Below are positions 8,016-16,582 of a stretch of DNA of 64,000 nt, one piece after another. The stretch is from Chlamydiota bacterium (GTDB lineage Bacteria > Chlamydiota > Chlamydiia > Chlamydiales > Rhabdochlamydiaceae): contig JABDAY010000002.1 of assembly GCA_013288895.1 (NCBI GenBank), forward strand, positions 16,154 to 80,153, in the 5' to 3' direction. The first letter of the stretch is position 1; every line of letters begins with the position of its first letter. The position numbers were made by a program, and so were the translations under genes. The notes under the pieces are model-generated. The model ran no database searches, had not been told where the DNA came from, and saw only the letters and a program-made list of their open reading frames with translations.

Positions 8016-8236
8016 TTGGATACTTAAGTATATCAACGCTTTTTTTATGATCAATATTAAAGCTTTCTTCAATACCTGTCAAAAGATACATTTTCTGAGA
8101 GCTGCTTGAGCTAGAGGGAGTTACGCTATTTATTTATTTGTTATTTTTTAAATTTATTTTTATTATATACTTTAATTATTATTAGAGTTATAATAATTTG
8201 AAAAGCAATTAATTTATTTATTTACGGAGATAAATT

Positions 8237-9325
8237 TTGGCAGCAGCTTATTTTACAAGTTTTTATAGATCAGTGGATCTTACGTGTAGTTTACATGAAA
8301 CGATTCAATCCTATCGAGTTGCAGATCAAGCAGTAAAAACCCTCATAGAAAGAGACGGCATTAAAACTGAAGAACCTTATAAAATAGGGGAAATTCCTCA
8401 ACTAAAAGCGTTAGGATGGCAACTTCTTTCTTCAGAATGCCTAAAGCATCCTGCTTTACTTGGTAAGTTTATCAAAATCGCTAATTCAGACTCTGGAAAT
8501 AAGTGTGTAGGCAATGGGAATCACAAGGCAAAACCAGCCCTGCGCGATAATCTACGTCGACCTTTTTATGCGCAAAAAATACGTGAATCTATGATACACC
8601 TAGGCATGCCTCCTAATGTCCCCCATAAATATATTGTTTCTATTAATAAAGACCGATTTGTGGTCGTGAGTGAAGCGATAGACATAATGTCTAAAGATGA
8701 AAATTTGGATCATTGGGAGAAGTTATATCACGAGGGAAAACTACAAGGGACGATTAAAAAAATATGCAAACTTATTAGGTCGACTGCCCTTGCAGATGCA
8801 AATATATCCAATGTCTGCTTCACAAAAAGTGGAGAAATTGCCGTGGTTGATACAGAGCCTATGGGTCTTTATACAGAAGATTTTCCAGAGGATCTTATAA
8901 GAAAGATCGATCGTTACATACAGCTAGGGCTAGAACAGCTTAAAGACTCTTTTGCTAAGCAGATGGGAATTAGAAAAGTAGATTACGAAACTTCCCTCTG
9001 GAGAAATGCAAAAATGAGAGGTGCGGAGTATAATCGTGAAGTATACGATAGAGAAGCAATGGACCCCTCTATTGCAAGATATCAGCCGATCATGGAAGCG
9101 TTCGCCCAAGCCGTAAATGAAGAGATTCAGCTTTATAATGACCTTCCTCAAGCAACAAGGGAAGCAGAAATACGAAATGGTACTGCAGTTAACACAAAAT
9201 GGAACTGGCCCCTACTCATATTCAGCATCTCTCTTTTTCCACCTTTGATTCTGGGGATTTATTCGTGTCTTATGACTTGCTGTTCTAAAAAGGAGCCTGA
9301 GGACAGACACCTCTGTACCAATTAA
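8237..9325 (+). CDS. Tail-anchored protein with APH/choline-kinase-like catalytic motifs (K4)
   Basis: TTG start 6 nt after GGAGA. Motifs are LGKFIKIAN, VVVSEAIDI and LADANISNVCFTKSGEIAVVDTEP (D-x4-N followed by a hhD-x-E motif). The C-terminal TM is WPLLIFSISLFPPLILGIYSCLMTCC. Confidence 0.45.
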   Translation: MAAAYFTSFYRSVDLTCSLHETIQSYRVADQAVKTLIERDGIKTEEPYKIGEIPQLKALGWQLLSSECLKHPALLGKFIKIANSDSGNKCVGNGNHKAKPALRDNLRRPFYAQKIRESMIHLGMPPNVPHKYIVSINKDRFVVVSEAIDIMSKDENLDHWEKLYHEGKLQGTIKKICKLIRSTALADANISNVCFTKSGEIAVVDTEPMGLYTEDFPEDLIRKIDRYIQLGLEQLKDSFAKQMGIRKVDYETSLWRNAKMRGAEYNREVYDREAMDPSIARYQPIMEAFAQAVNEEIQLYNDLPQATREAEIRNGTAVNTKWNWPLLIFSISLFPPLILGIYSCLMTCCSKKEPEDRHLCTN

Positions 9326-9376
9326 AAATTATTGACAACCCCAAAAAACACATCTAACCAAGAGAAAGTTTAAGAC

Positions 9377-10201
9377 TTATTCAATCGTAATTGTACGGCT
9401 TACGTCATTTAGTGGGCCGGGTACTTTAGCATTACCAGAGTCTAGAAGCTCGAGCCTGACCACATGTTTACCTGGCTTTAGGCCGTAAATAAAGTAGGGG
9501 GTTTGAGCGGTGAGGGTCCTCTTGTCTGTTTTATCTATAGTCAAGCGGAGTTTATATCCATCGCGCGAGAGCATCGCGTTAGTCACAATAAAATCTAGAA
9601 GAATAGGGGACTTGGCAGCGTACTTATAATTGCCTTGGGGTTCATTATAGGTGAGGTATGGCTGATTGATGTCATAGCGGTTAGGGTTTTTGTCTTCATC
9701 TAAATAATAAAAGATCCTAGTTGCGAATCCTTCATCTTTGAGACTTTCCCCAAAAGATCTTGCTGGGAAAATGCGGACTAAATGCTCCCCTTCATCAAGT
9801 TCAAAGGGGATGTCAAATTCAAGGGTTTGGTCGTAATATTCGTCACTGTCGTCGATAGCTGTGACAAATGCTTCATTTAGTTCGAAATAGGGGTTGTTGT
9901 CAATAATCACGTGAAGTGTTTGTCCATCGGGGTTATTATAGATCAATTTTCTTCTTGGGAAATTACTGTCTGTGCCTAGGGGCCATCCCGAAAGCTTTAC
10001 CTGAATAGCAATAGGGGTAGAGGTTTTTAGTTCTCCTTTTCGCGGAAAGATAATTTTTGTTTCTACGTGGTCAGGCTCGGGGGTGGCGTCGACGGTTACA
10101 ACTCTAACCCCTCTGGGATTCGCGGTTCCTTCTTCTAGTGCTGCAGCTTGGATGAGAAGTGGCAGTGTGAGTAACATTAGAATAGCTTTGTGCATAAGCA
10201 A
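9377..10201 (-). CDS. Secreted or periplasmic hypothetical protein
   Basis: 274-aa ORF with the signal peptide MHKAILMLLTLPLLIQAAA. No motif recognised. Confidence 0.55.
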   Translation of the reverse strand: MLMHKAILMLLTLPLLIQAAALEEGTANPRGVRVVTVDATPEPDHVETKIIFPRKGELKTSTPIAIQVKLSGWPLGTDSNFPRRKLIYNNPDGQTLHVIIDNNPYFELNEAFVTAIDDSDEYYDQTLEFDIPFELDEGEHLVRIFPARSFGESLKDEGFATRIFYYLDEDKNPNRYDINQPYLTYNEPQGNYKYAAKSPILLDFIVTNAMLSRDGYKLRLTIDKTDKRTLTAQTPYFIYGLKPGKHVVRLELLDSGNAKVPGPLNDVSRTITIE

Positions 10202-10269
10202 CCTCCATATATTTGTATATATACATTATTTGATTGATTCATTCAAGCCGATAATTTATTGATTAAATT

Positions 10270-11250
10270 ATGGAAGTGCTTTTAATCCTAATTGTTGTTT
10301 TTGGGCTTTTATTTGATTATACAAATGGCTTTCACGATGCGGCAAATGTCGTGTCTACTGTGATTGCTACGCGCGCGCTCAGACCCGTGATTGCTATTAC
10401 TCTGGCAGCGATTATTAATGCTGTGGGTGCCACACAAATCAGCGGTGTTGCGCAGACAATTTCATCTGGCCTTGTCGACCCTTTAAATACTACACAGCTC
10501 GCAGTGGTGTGCGCTCTTGTGGGCGCGATCCTTTGGAATATTATCACCTGGTATTTCGGTATTCCCAGCAGTTCTTCTTATGCCCTTATTGGTGGAATCA
10601 TCGGTGCCACATTTGCTCATGCAGGAGTGAAGGCAATTTTATGGCACGGGGTGATAGGAAAGGTCCTCATCCCCATGGTTTTTTCCCCACTAATTGGGTT
10701 TGGCTTGGCCTTTATCGTTATGAAAATCCTCTACCGAATGATCTCCCATCAAAAGAGAAGCCAAAAAATTTTCAGATACATCCAGATTCTTTCCTCTTGC
10801 TTGATGTCTCTCTCTCATGGATTAAATGACGCACAAAAAAGTATGGGTATTATCACGCTAGGTCTTTTTGCCTCCGGTTTTCTCATGACAACCGCCATCC
10901 CTCTCTGGGTGATCTTCTCGTGCGCGCTTATGATGGGCCTTGGAACAGCATCGGGGGGCTTTCGTATCATAAAAACTGTCGGCTTCCATATCACTAAAAT
11001 TGAGCCCATGCAAGGCTTTGCCTCTGACATTAGCTCTTCTACAGTGATTTTAGCTGCGAGCTTTATGGGTATGCCCCTTAGCTCTACGCATATTATCGTA
11101 GGGGCCGTCACGGGGATCGGCTCCGCAAAGGGAGTCGAACATGTCAAATGGAAAATCGCCAAAAAACTCATTCTAACATGGCTCCTAACCCTCCCAGGAG
11201 CGGCGGTAGTCTCCTTCGGAGCCTACAAAATGCTGACGCATTTTTTTTGA
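10270..11250 (+). CDS. pit: Inorganic phosphate transporter, PiT (PHO4) family
   Basis: DYTNGFHDAANVVSTVIATRAL near the N-terminus and the repeated motif SHGLNDAQKSMGII. Multi-pass membrane protein of 326 aa. Confidence 0.9.
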   Translation: MEVLLILIVVFGLLFDYTNGFHDAANVVSTVIATRALRPVIAITLAAIINAVGATQISGVAQTISSGLVDPLNTTQLAVVCALVGAILWNIITWYFGIPSSSSYALIGGIIGATFAHAGVKAILWHGVIGKVLIPMVFSPLIGFGLAFIVMKILYRMISHQKRSQKIFRYIQILSSCLMSLSHGLNDAQKSMGIITLGLFASGFLMTTAIPLWVIFSCALMMGLGTASGGFRIIKTVGFHITKIEPMQGFASDISSSTVILAASFMGMPLSSTHIIVGAVTGIGSAKGVEHVKWKIAKKLILTWLLTLPGAAVVSFGAYKMLTHFF

Positions 11251-11262
11251 AGAAGAAGAGAA

Positions 11263-11371
11263 GATCGGGCACGCACGCGGGCACGGGCACGGGCACGAAA
11301 GAAAGAAGAGGTTAAGGCTTCTTTTCTTTCCGGATTTCGTGCCCGTGCTCGTGCCCGCGTGCGTGCCCGAT
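11263..11371. repeat. PAL-A palindromic element: GATCGG-(GGGCAC)n-GAAAGAAAG-loop-mirror-CCGAT. Probable bidirectional terminator hairpin.
   Basis: GATCGGGCACGCACGCGGGCACGGGCACGGGCACGAAAGAAAG..CTTTCTTTCCGGATTTCGTGCCCGTGCTCGTGCCCGCGTGCGTGCCCGAT. It lies between the convergent genes pit and recF. Near-identical copies are at 20388 and 51072. Confidence 0.8.
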
Positions 11372-12403
11372 TTTTCCATTTTCGACGAAAATGGACACAG
11401 GGGCCCTCAACCTTTCTCCTCCTAGCGGTGATGTGATGAAGACTTGGCCTAGATGTTGGATTTGGTCCTGGAGGAGAGATTGTCTTGATTCATCGAGGTG
11501 CATCCCGAAGTCGTCGATGCTCATCAGGGGAGGGCTGCCTGTGAGATTTTTGAGATGCTCCCACTCTGCGAGGCGAAGTGCGCTAATAGCGCATCTTTTT
11601 TGTCCCTCACTGGAAAAGAGTTTGGCATTGTGGGTGTCAATGGTGATTTCTAGGTCGTCGCGATGGGGACCAAAAAGGGTGGTGCCTAAATGGAGTTCCC
11701 TTCTTCGCTCCAGAGCATAAATCTCGGCGCTGCATGGGCTGGGGAGGTAGTGGAGCTCTAAAACCTCTTTTTGCATGGATAGGTGCTCCATCCACTTTTT
11801 TAATGGGGCTTTTAGCTCCAAGACAGCCGTTTTTCTTTTTTCAGTAATGTAAGAGGCAGAGTGTGCAAGGGCGTGTTCCCAGGGTTCTATCCCATTCTCA
11901 CTTTTTTGGCGCAAAAGGCAATTGCGCTGTTTGAGAGCTTTATAAAAGCGGATAAGATGATGGATATATAGCTGATCTACTTGCGCAATATGAAGATCGA
12001 GAAAACGTCTGCGGATAGCAGGCGCTCCTAAAATGAGGGCGACATCCTGCGGCGTATACAAAACAGTGGGAAGCAACCCTAGAAGCTGGGAAAAATTCGA
12101 ATAAGTTGTTTGATTATGTTTAACCCTTTTCACCATTCCATCATAAAAAACGCTGACATCCTGAGGCACCCCTTCTTTTTCAAAATGGGCCTCTATGTAA
12201 AAATGGGGTTTCCCATGCTGGATAAGCTCCTGCAGATGGATCGTGCGAAATGACCTTCCCGTGCTCAAAAGGTAGATCGCTTCCAATAGATTGGTCTTGC
12301 CCTGGGCATTCAACCCATGAATTAAGTTAGACCCTGAACAAAACTCGATTTGAGCTTCTTCAAAATTGCGAAAATTCTTCAGCAGTAATTTTCTTAAAAA
12401 CAT
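11312..12403 (-). CDS. recF: DNA replication and repair protein RecF
   Basis: MFLRKLLLKNFRNFEEAQIEF..GLNAQGKTNLLEAIYLLSTGRSFRT (Walker A). The start is set at 12403, which has a better context than 12448. The last ~19 codons (GHARGHEHGHEIRKEKKP) are read out of the PAL-A element. Confidence 0.9.
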   Translation of the reverse strand: MFLRKLLLKNFRNFEEAQIEFCSGSNLIHGLNAQGKTNLLEAIYLLSTGRSFRTIHLQELIQHGKPHFYIEAHFEKEGVPQDVSVFYDGMVKRVKHNQTTYSNFSQLLGLLPTVLYTPQDVALILGAPAIRRRFLDLHIAQVDQLYIHHLIRFYKALKQRNCLLRQKSENGIEPWEHALAHSASYITEKRKTAVLELKAPLKKWMEHLSMQKEVLELHYLPSPCSAEIYALERRRELHLGTTLFGPHRDDLEITIDTHNAKLFSSEGQKRCAISALRLAEWEHLKNLTGSPPLMSIDDFGMHLDESRQSLLQDQIQHLGQVFITSPLGGERLRAPVSIFVENGKIGHARGHEHGHEIRKEKKP

Positions 12404-12417
12404 AATCTCCCTTTGGG

Positions 12418-12532
12418 AGAAACGCAAAACGCAAAACAAAAAACGCAAAACAGAAGAAATAAAGAGAGGCTAAAATTTTCTTTTTCTTCGTTTTCTTCTA
12501 TTTTGCGTTTTGCGATTTGCGATTTGCGTTTC
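12418..12532. repeat. PAL-B palindromic element: GAAACGCAAAACGCAAAAC..GA-rich..loop..mirror
   Basis: Both arms are visible (GAAACGCAAAACGCAAAACAAAAAACGCAAAAC / GTTTTGCGATTTGCGATTTGCGTTTC). It fills the dnaN-recF intergenic space and abuts the dnaN stop. Confidence 0.75.
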
Positions 12533-13630
12533 CTATTCTAGCCGCATCGGCATGAGGACGTAATTTGCGTTAGAACTATCGGTGATCAGCCCTGGGTTGT
12601 ACGAGTCACTGATATCGAAGTTCACCGTTTCGTCTTTGCTGTGCCTTAAGATATCTAAAAAATAATAAGGATTGAAGGCGATGTCGATTTTAGCGCCAGC
12701 GTAGTTAACCGGCATGCTAACTGTTCCTTCTCCTATTTCTCCATGTGCAGCACTCAAGTGGAGCGTTCCATCTGTAAAAGTGAACTTTACAGAGTTTTTC
12801 TCATCTGTAGTGAATAAAGAAACTTGGCGCAAAAGAGACATGAGCTCTTCCCTATGAAGGACAAGAGAGTTCTCTGATTTTTTAGGGATGATAGGGCTGA
12901 CATCGGGGTATTCACCTGAAAGGAGCTTAGAAATTAATGTTACAGAATCGGTTTCTAATGCAATTTTATCGGGCATTAAAATGAGTTTGCAGCTTTCTTC
13001 TTTCGACTCAAGGGTGCGGATCACCTCTTCGACAGCTTTTAAGGGGAGGATGTATGAGCTCGGTTCAGCTACAGAGTGTTCTACTTGGGTGTAAAGCTTG
13101 GCAAGGCGCTTCCCATCTGTTCCAATAAAAGTCACTTGATTTAGGTGTCTATATAGGAGCATTCCTGTAAATACGTGTCTACTCTCATCGCGCGCAACGG
13201 CAAACGAGGTGCGGGAAAGCATCTCTTTTAAAACAGTTGAAGAAAGATCAAAGCTGTCATCGTAAGAAAGCTCAGGAATAGGGGGGAACTCATTTTTATG
13301 CACCCCCTGGATTTTAAAGTGGGAGGAGCCGGCATTTAAGTAAGCAACCTCTGGTGAAATCGCATGGAGCTCCACTTGAGGAGCCGTAAGTTCTCTTACA
13401 AGCTGGAAAAATTTACGCGCAGGCAGAGTGATCGCTCCCTCTTCAGAAACCTTAGCAGGGGCGTATACACGCATACTCACCGTCAAATCCGTCGCTGAAA
13501 TCACAAGCTCGTCATCCTGCGCTTCAATTAAAATATTTGCGCAAATGGGCAATGAGGGCTTTAGCGGAACAATATTCTGAATTTTACCAATCAGCGCTAC
13601 CAGTTCCATCCTCGAAATAATGAACTTCAT
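12533..13630 (-). CDS. dnaN: DNA polymerase III beta sliding clamp
   Basis: 365 aa. MKFIISRMELVALIGKIQNIVPLKPSLPICANILIEA..LVISATDLTVSMRV is the typical DnaN N-terminus. It sits upstream of recF. Confidence 0.92.
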   Translation of the reverse strand: MKFIISRMELVALIGKIQNIVPLKPSLPICANILIEAQDDELVISATDLTVSMRVYAPAKVSEEGAITLPARKFFQLVRELTAPQVELHAISPEVAYLNAGSSHFKIQGVHKNEFPPIPELSYDDSFDLSSTVLKEMLSRTSFAVARDESRHVFTGMLLYRHLNQVTFIGTDGKRLAKLYTQVEHSVAEPSSYILPLKAVEEVIRTLESKEESCKLILMPDKIALETDSVTLISKLLSGEYPDVSPIIPKKSENSLVLHREELMSLLRQVSLFTTDEKNSVKFTFTDGTLHLSAAHGEIGEGTVSMPVNYAGAKIDIAFNPYYFLDILRHSKDETVNFDISDSYNPGLITDSSNANYVLMPMRLE

Positions 13631-13666
13631 CTTGCTTCCTCCAGTTTAATCCTTAGCCTAGCCTAT

Positions 13667-13746
13667 CGCAAAAAAAAACGCAAGAAGAGCGAAGAGCGCG
13701 CAGCCAATTATTTTTTACGTCTTTGCGCTTTTGCGCTTTTGCGTTA
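13667..13746. repeat. Degenerate PAL-B-like palindrome (unit GCGCAAAA)
   Basis: CGCAAAAAAAAACGCAAGAAGAGCGAAGAGCGCG..ACGTCTTTGCGCTTTTGCGCTTTTGCG. The arms are only loosely complementary. Confidence 0.4.
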
Positions 13747-13770
13747 ATATGCTTCAGAAAGGAGAATTTT

Positions 13771-14889
13771 ATGGCGAATCTAGTTCCTATAGCAGCCGCA
13801 ACGGCAGCAAGCCCTGCTGACTTTTCGGCTCTTGCCCTTCATAAATGTGTTTCTTGCCACAAAAGCGTGAGGGAATACCAGATAGAAAGATGTACGAGAT
13901 GCAAAGAGGTCATCTATTGTGGGGAAGAATGTCGGGAAAAGGATAGAAAAACCCATAAAACAGTGTGCAAAGAGCCAGTTGATACCATCACCCCCTATAC
14001 AACAGACAACGAAAAGATAAGGCGCAGCTTTTCCGAATTTGAAGCTCGATTTCTTAGAGGTAATATTCCAAAGGTTACCTATGAAAAATACAGCCATGTA
14101 TTACAGACGCAGCAAGCTATTCTAGAAGGAAGCGCTCATCTTAAACCAGATAGCTCAATTGTAGTGGTAGTGGGGGCCCAATTTTACGATGATAAATTTG
14201 TAGAACCTCTTCCCCAGCTCCTTGAGAAATGCAAAAAACTCATTCTTGTAGATGTAGATCCGGCTACTTTAAAAGTGTTACATACCATGCTCGGAACGAG
14301 CGAGAAAGTTTCTACGGTGGTTCTTGATCTAAGTTGCGCTTTAAAAGATCTCCGAGATTTTAATCATGATTTTTCACAATCTTCTCCGGATGTTTTCTCT
14401 GCTGGTGTCATTGATTTTTTGAGAAAAGTTACAGATGATACTGAAAAAAGAGAGGCTGGACTGCCTGAAGTGTTAGCTGAAGGAGAGTCTGCTGACTATG
14501 TTATTTCTTCTTTTGTTGCTACTCAGTTATCTTTAAAGTTGGTTGATGCTTTATGTTCTATGTTTAGAAAAAAATTCGGTGTAAATATGACATCGACTAT
14601 GCTGCCTCCCCTGCTTCAAAAGGGAGCTGCTGTGGTAGTAGAAAACATTCATACACAGGTAACAAAACATGCAAGAGATTTATGCGTATGGGCTGGAGAG
14701 AAGGGTCGAGTCTATTTAGCAGATGGTTGCTGGAATGATAATGATACTGAGTTTATGGATCAAAAAACAATAAACAAGTTGGGGCAAATTTTTAAAGAAC
14801 GAAAAGGATTCAAACAATTAACGAAAAAAGTATGGTACTGGCCAGGCCATGAAGGCACTGGTTGTAGCGTGACGGCTCTATTGTCTTAA
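13771..14889 (+). CDS. MYND-type zinc-finger protein with a C-terminal Rossmann-like (possible SAM-methyltransferase) domain (M1)
   Basis: Start at 13771 after AGGAGA. CVSCHKSVREYQIERCTRCKEVIYCGEECREKDRKTHKTVCK has C-x2-C-x10-C-x2-C-x5-C-x3-C-x7-H-x3-C spacing. It is followed by IVVVVGAQFYDD, LILVDVD, VVLDLS and ADYVISSFVATQLS. Confidence 0.7.
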   Translation: MANLVPIAAATAASPADFSALALHKCVSCHKSVREYQIERCTRCKEVIYCGEECREKDRKTHKTVCKEPVDTITPYTTDNEKIRRSFSEFEARFLRGNIPKVTYEKYSHVLQTQQAILEGSAHLKPDSSIVVVVGAQFYDDKFVEPLPQLLEKCKKLILVDVDPATLKVLHTMLGTSEKVSTVVLDLSCALKDLRDFNHDFSQSSPDVFSAGVIDFLRKVTDDTEKREAGLPEVLAEGESADYVISSFVATQLSLKLVDALCSMFRKKFGVNMTSTMLPPLLQKGAAVVVENIHTQVTKHARDLCVWAGEKGRVYLADGCWNDNDTEFMDQKTINKLGQIFKERKGFKQLTKKVWYWPGHEGTGCSVTALLS

Positions 14890-14914
14890 TATATACCTAA
14901 TAGGGAGGAATTTT

Positions 14915-16051
14915 ATGGCACTTCTGACACCAGTGGCAGCAGCACCTAGCGCAGGCAGCCCTGTTGATTTTTCAGTTCTTTCCCTTCATGAATGTGTTTC
15001 TTGCCACAAAAGTGTAAGGGAATACCAGATAGAAAGATGTACGAGATGCAAAGAGGTCATCTATTGTGGGCAAGAATGTCGGGCAAAAGATTGGGAAGCC
15101 CATAAACTAAGATGCAAGGACCTGGTTGTCGATACCACCACGTCCTACACCAAAGACAATGAAACGGTAAGGGAATTTTATTCCCATTTTGAAGCTACAA
15201 TTCTTAAAAGACCTAACTTGCCAGCGATTTACGACTACTTGAAAGATAAAAAATACAACCATGTTTTGCAAACACAGCAATCTATTCTAGAAGGAAGCGC
15301 CCATCTTAACCCAGAGAGCTCAATTGTAGTGGTAGTTGGAGCCCAATTTTACGATGATAAATTTGTAGAACCCCTTCCTCAGCTTCTTGAAAAATGCAAA
15401 AAACTCATTCTTATAGATATTGATCCGGTTACTTTGGGGAAGTTACATGCCATGCTCGGAAACAACCCCAAGGTTTTTACAGTGGTTCTTGATTTAACTT
15501 GTACCTTAGAAGATCTCCAGGCTTTTAATCGGGATTTTTCAAAATCTTCCCAGCTAGTTTTTTTTGCAGGCCTAGTGGATTTTCTAAATAAAGTCGCAGA
15601 AGATACTGAAAAAAGAGTGGCTGGGTTGCCTGGAGTTTTAGGTGAAGGGGAATCTGCTGACTATGTTATTTCCTCTCTTGTTGCTTCTCAATTATCCCGA
15701 AAATTAATAGAAGGTCTATTGTTCTTGTTTTTAAAAAAATTCGGTTTTAATATTTCCCCCGTTACGACACCTCAATTGAAGGATACATTAAATAAGGCAC
15801 GAGATGAAAGTTCTCATGCGCTGGCAACAAAGCATGCCAAAGATTTATGCGCATGGGCTGGAGAGAAGGGTCGGGTCTATTTAGCAGATACGTATAAATG
15901 GAATAAAGTTGTGTATATACACCAAAAAACATCAGACGAATTAATGCAAATCCTACGCAATAGAAAAGGAGCCCCCAAAGTGACACAAAAGGAATGGCAC
16001 TGGAGAACCAATTTCTGGAATGACTACAGCGTGACCTCTCTCTTGTCCTAA
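14915..16051 (+). CDS. MYND-type zinc-finger protein, tandem paralogue (M2)
   Basis: CVSCHKSVREYQIERCTRCKEVIYCGQECRAKDWEAHKLRCK. Long identical stretches with M1, for example VVVVGAQFYDDKFVEPLPQLLEKCKKLIL. Confidence 0.7.
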   Translation: MALLTPVAAAPSAGSPVDFSVLSLHECVSCHKSVREYQIERCTRCKEVIYCGQECRAKDWEAHKLRCKDLVVDTTTSYTKDNETVREFYSHFEATILKRPNLPAIYDYLKDKKYNHVLQTQQSILEGSAHLNPESSIVVVVGAQFYDDKFVEPLPQLLEKCKKLILIDIDPVTLGKLHAMLGNNPKVFTVVLDLTCTLEDLQAFNRDFSKSSQLVFFAGLVDFLNKVAEDTEKRVAGLPGVLGEGESADYVISSLVASQLSRKLIEGLLFLFLKKFGFNISPVTTPQLKDTLNKARDESSHALATKHAKDLCAWAGEKGRVYLADTYKWNKVVYIHQKTSDELMQILRNRKGAPKVTQKEWHWRTNFWNDYSVTSLLS

Positions 16052-16067
16052 TGGAACAATATGCGCG

Positions 16068-16115
16068 TCTTTTCTTTCTTCTGTTTTGCGTTTTTTGTTT
16101 TGCGATTTGCGTTTC
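16068..16115. repeat. PAL-B half element (right arm only)
   Basis: TCTTTTCTTTCTTCTGTTTTGCGTTTTTTGTTTTGCGATTTGCGTTTC ends exactly at the smpB stop codon (16116-16118). No left arm is present. Confidence 0.55.
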
Positions 16116-16574
16116 TTAAAAGTCTTCCCGTTCACGGAGTTGTTTCTTTTGGTCTTTTTCTTTGAGGGCGGCGCGCTTGTCGTGGGCTTTTTTTCCGCGG
16201 GCGGAGGCTATTTTGGCTTTGACGTGCCCTTTTTTAAGGTAAAGGGCCAGCGCGATGATGGTGAGCCCTTTTTCTTGGGTGATCTTTTTTAATTTGGCGA
16301 TCTCCCTTTTATGAAGAAGGAGCTTCCTGTCCCGTCTTTCCTCGTGATTGTATAAATTGCCAAATTTGTAGGGGGCGATCGAGCTATTTTTAAGCCAGGG
16401 CTCTCCTAAGTCGGAGATCATGATATAGGCGTCCTGGAGGCTTCCACCCCCGTCGCGCAAGGATTTAATTTCTGTGCCGAGAAGGACCAAGCCCGCTTCA
16501 AAGGTTTCCAGAATTTCATAGTTGTGGAAGGCTTTTCGATTGACTGTAAGGTCGCCTTCTCTTTTTTTAATCAT
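16116..16574 (-). CDS. smpB: SsrA-binding protein SmpB
   Basis: [29 protein letters not shown] and a basic C-terminal tail. 152 aa. Confidence 0.9.
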   Translation of the reverse strand: MIKKREGDLTVNRKAFHNYEILETFEAGLVLLGTEIKSLRDGGGSLQDAYIMISDLGEPWLKNSSIAPYKFGNLYNHEERRDRKLLLHKREIAKLKKITQEKGLTIIALALYLKKGHVKAKIASARGKKAHDKRAALKEKDQKKQLREREDF

Positions 16575-16582
16575 TCTTTATA

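Noticed and set aside
11185-11379. Track ORFs that run through palindromic repeats: 11185-11379, 50905-51246, 16086-16292, 35773-35973, and the 5' extensions of the ORFs at 12448 and 51085. They give peptides such as CPCPCPRACP and GHARGHGHGHE.
   Set aside because: These are translations of repeat DNA on either strand. They have no start context and overlap better-supported genes or intergenic hairpins. Only the recF 3' end genuinely reads into a repeat.
13631-13770. A possible replication origin upstream of dnaN.
   Set aside because: No dnaA gene and no cluster of TTATCCACA-like boxes were seen. The region holds only a degenerate palindrome and the MYND gene promoter.
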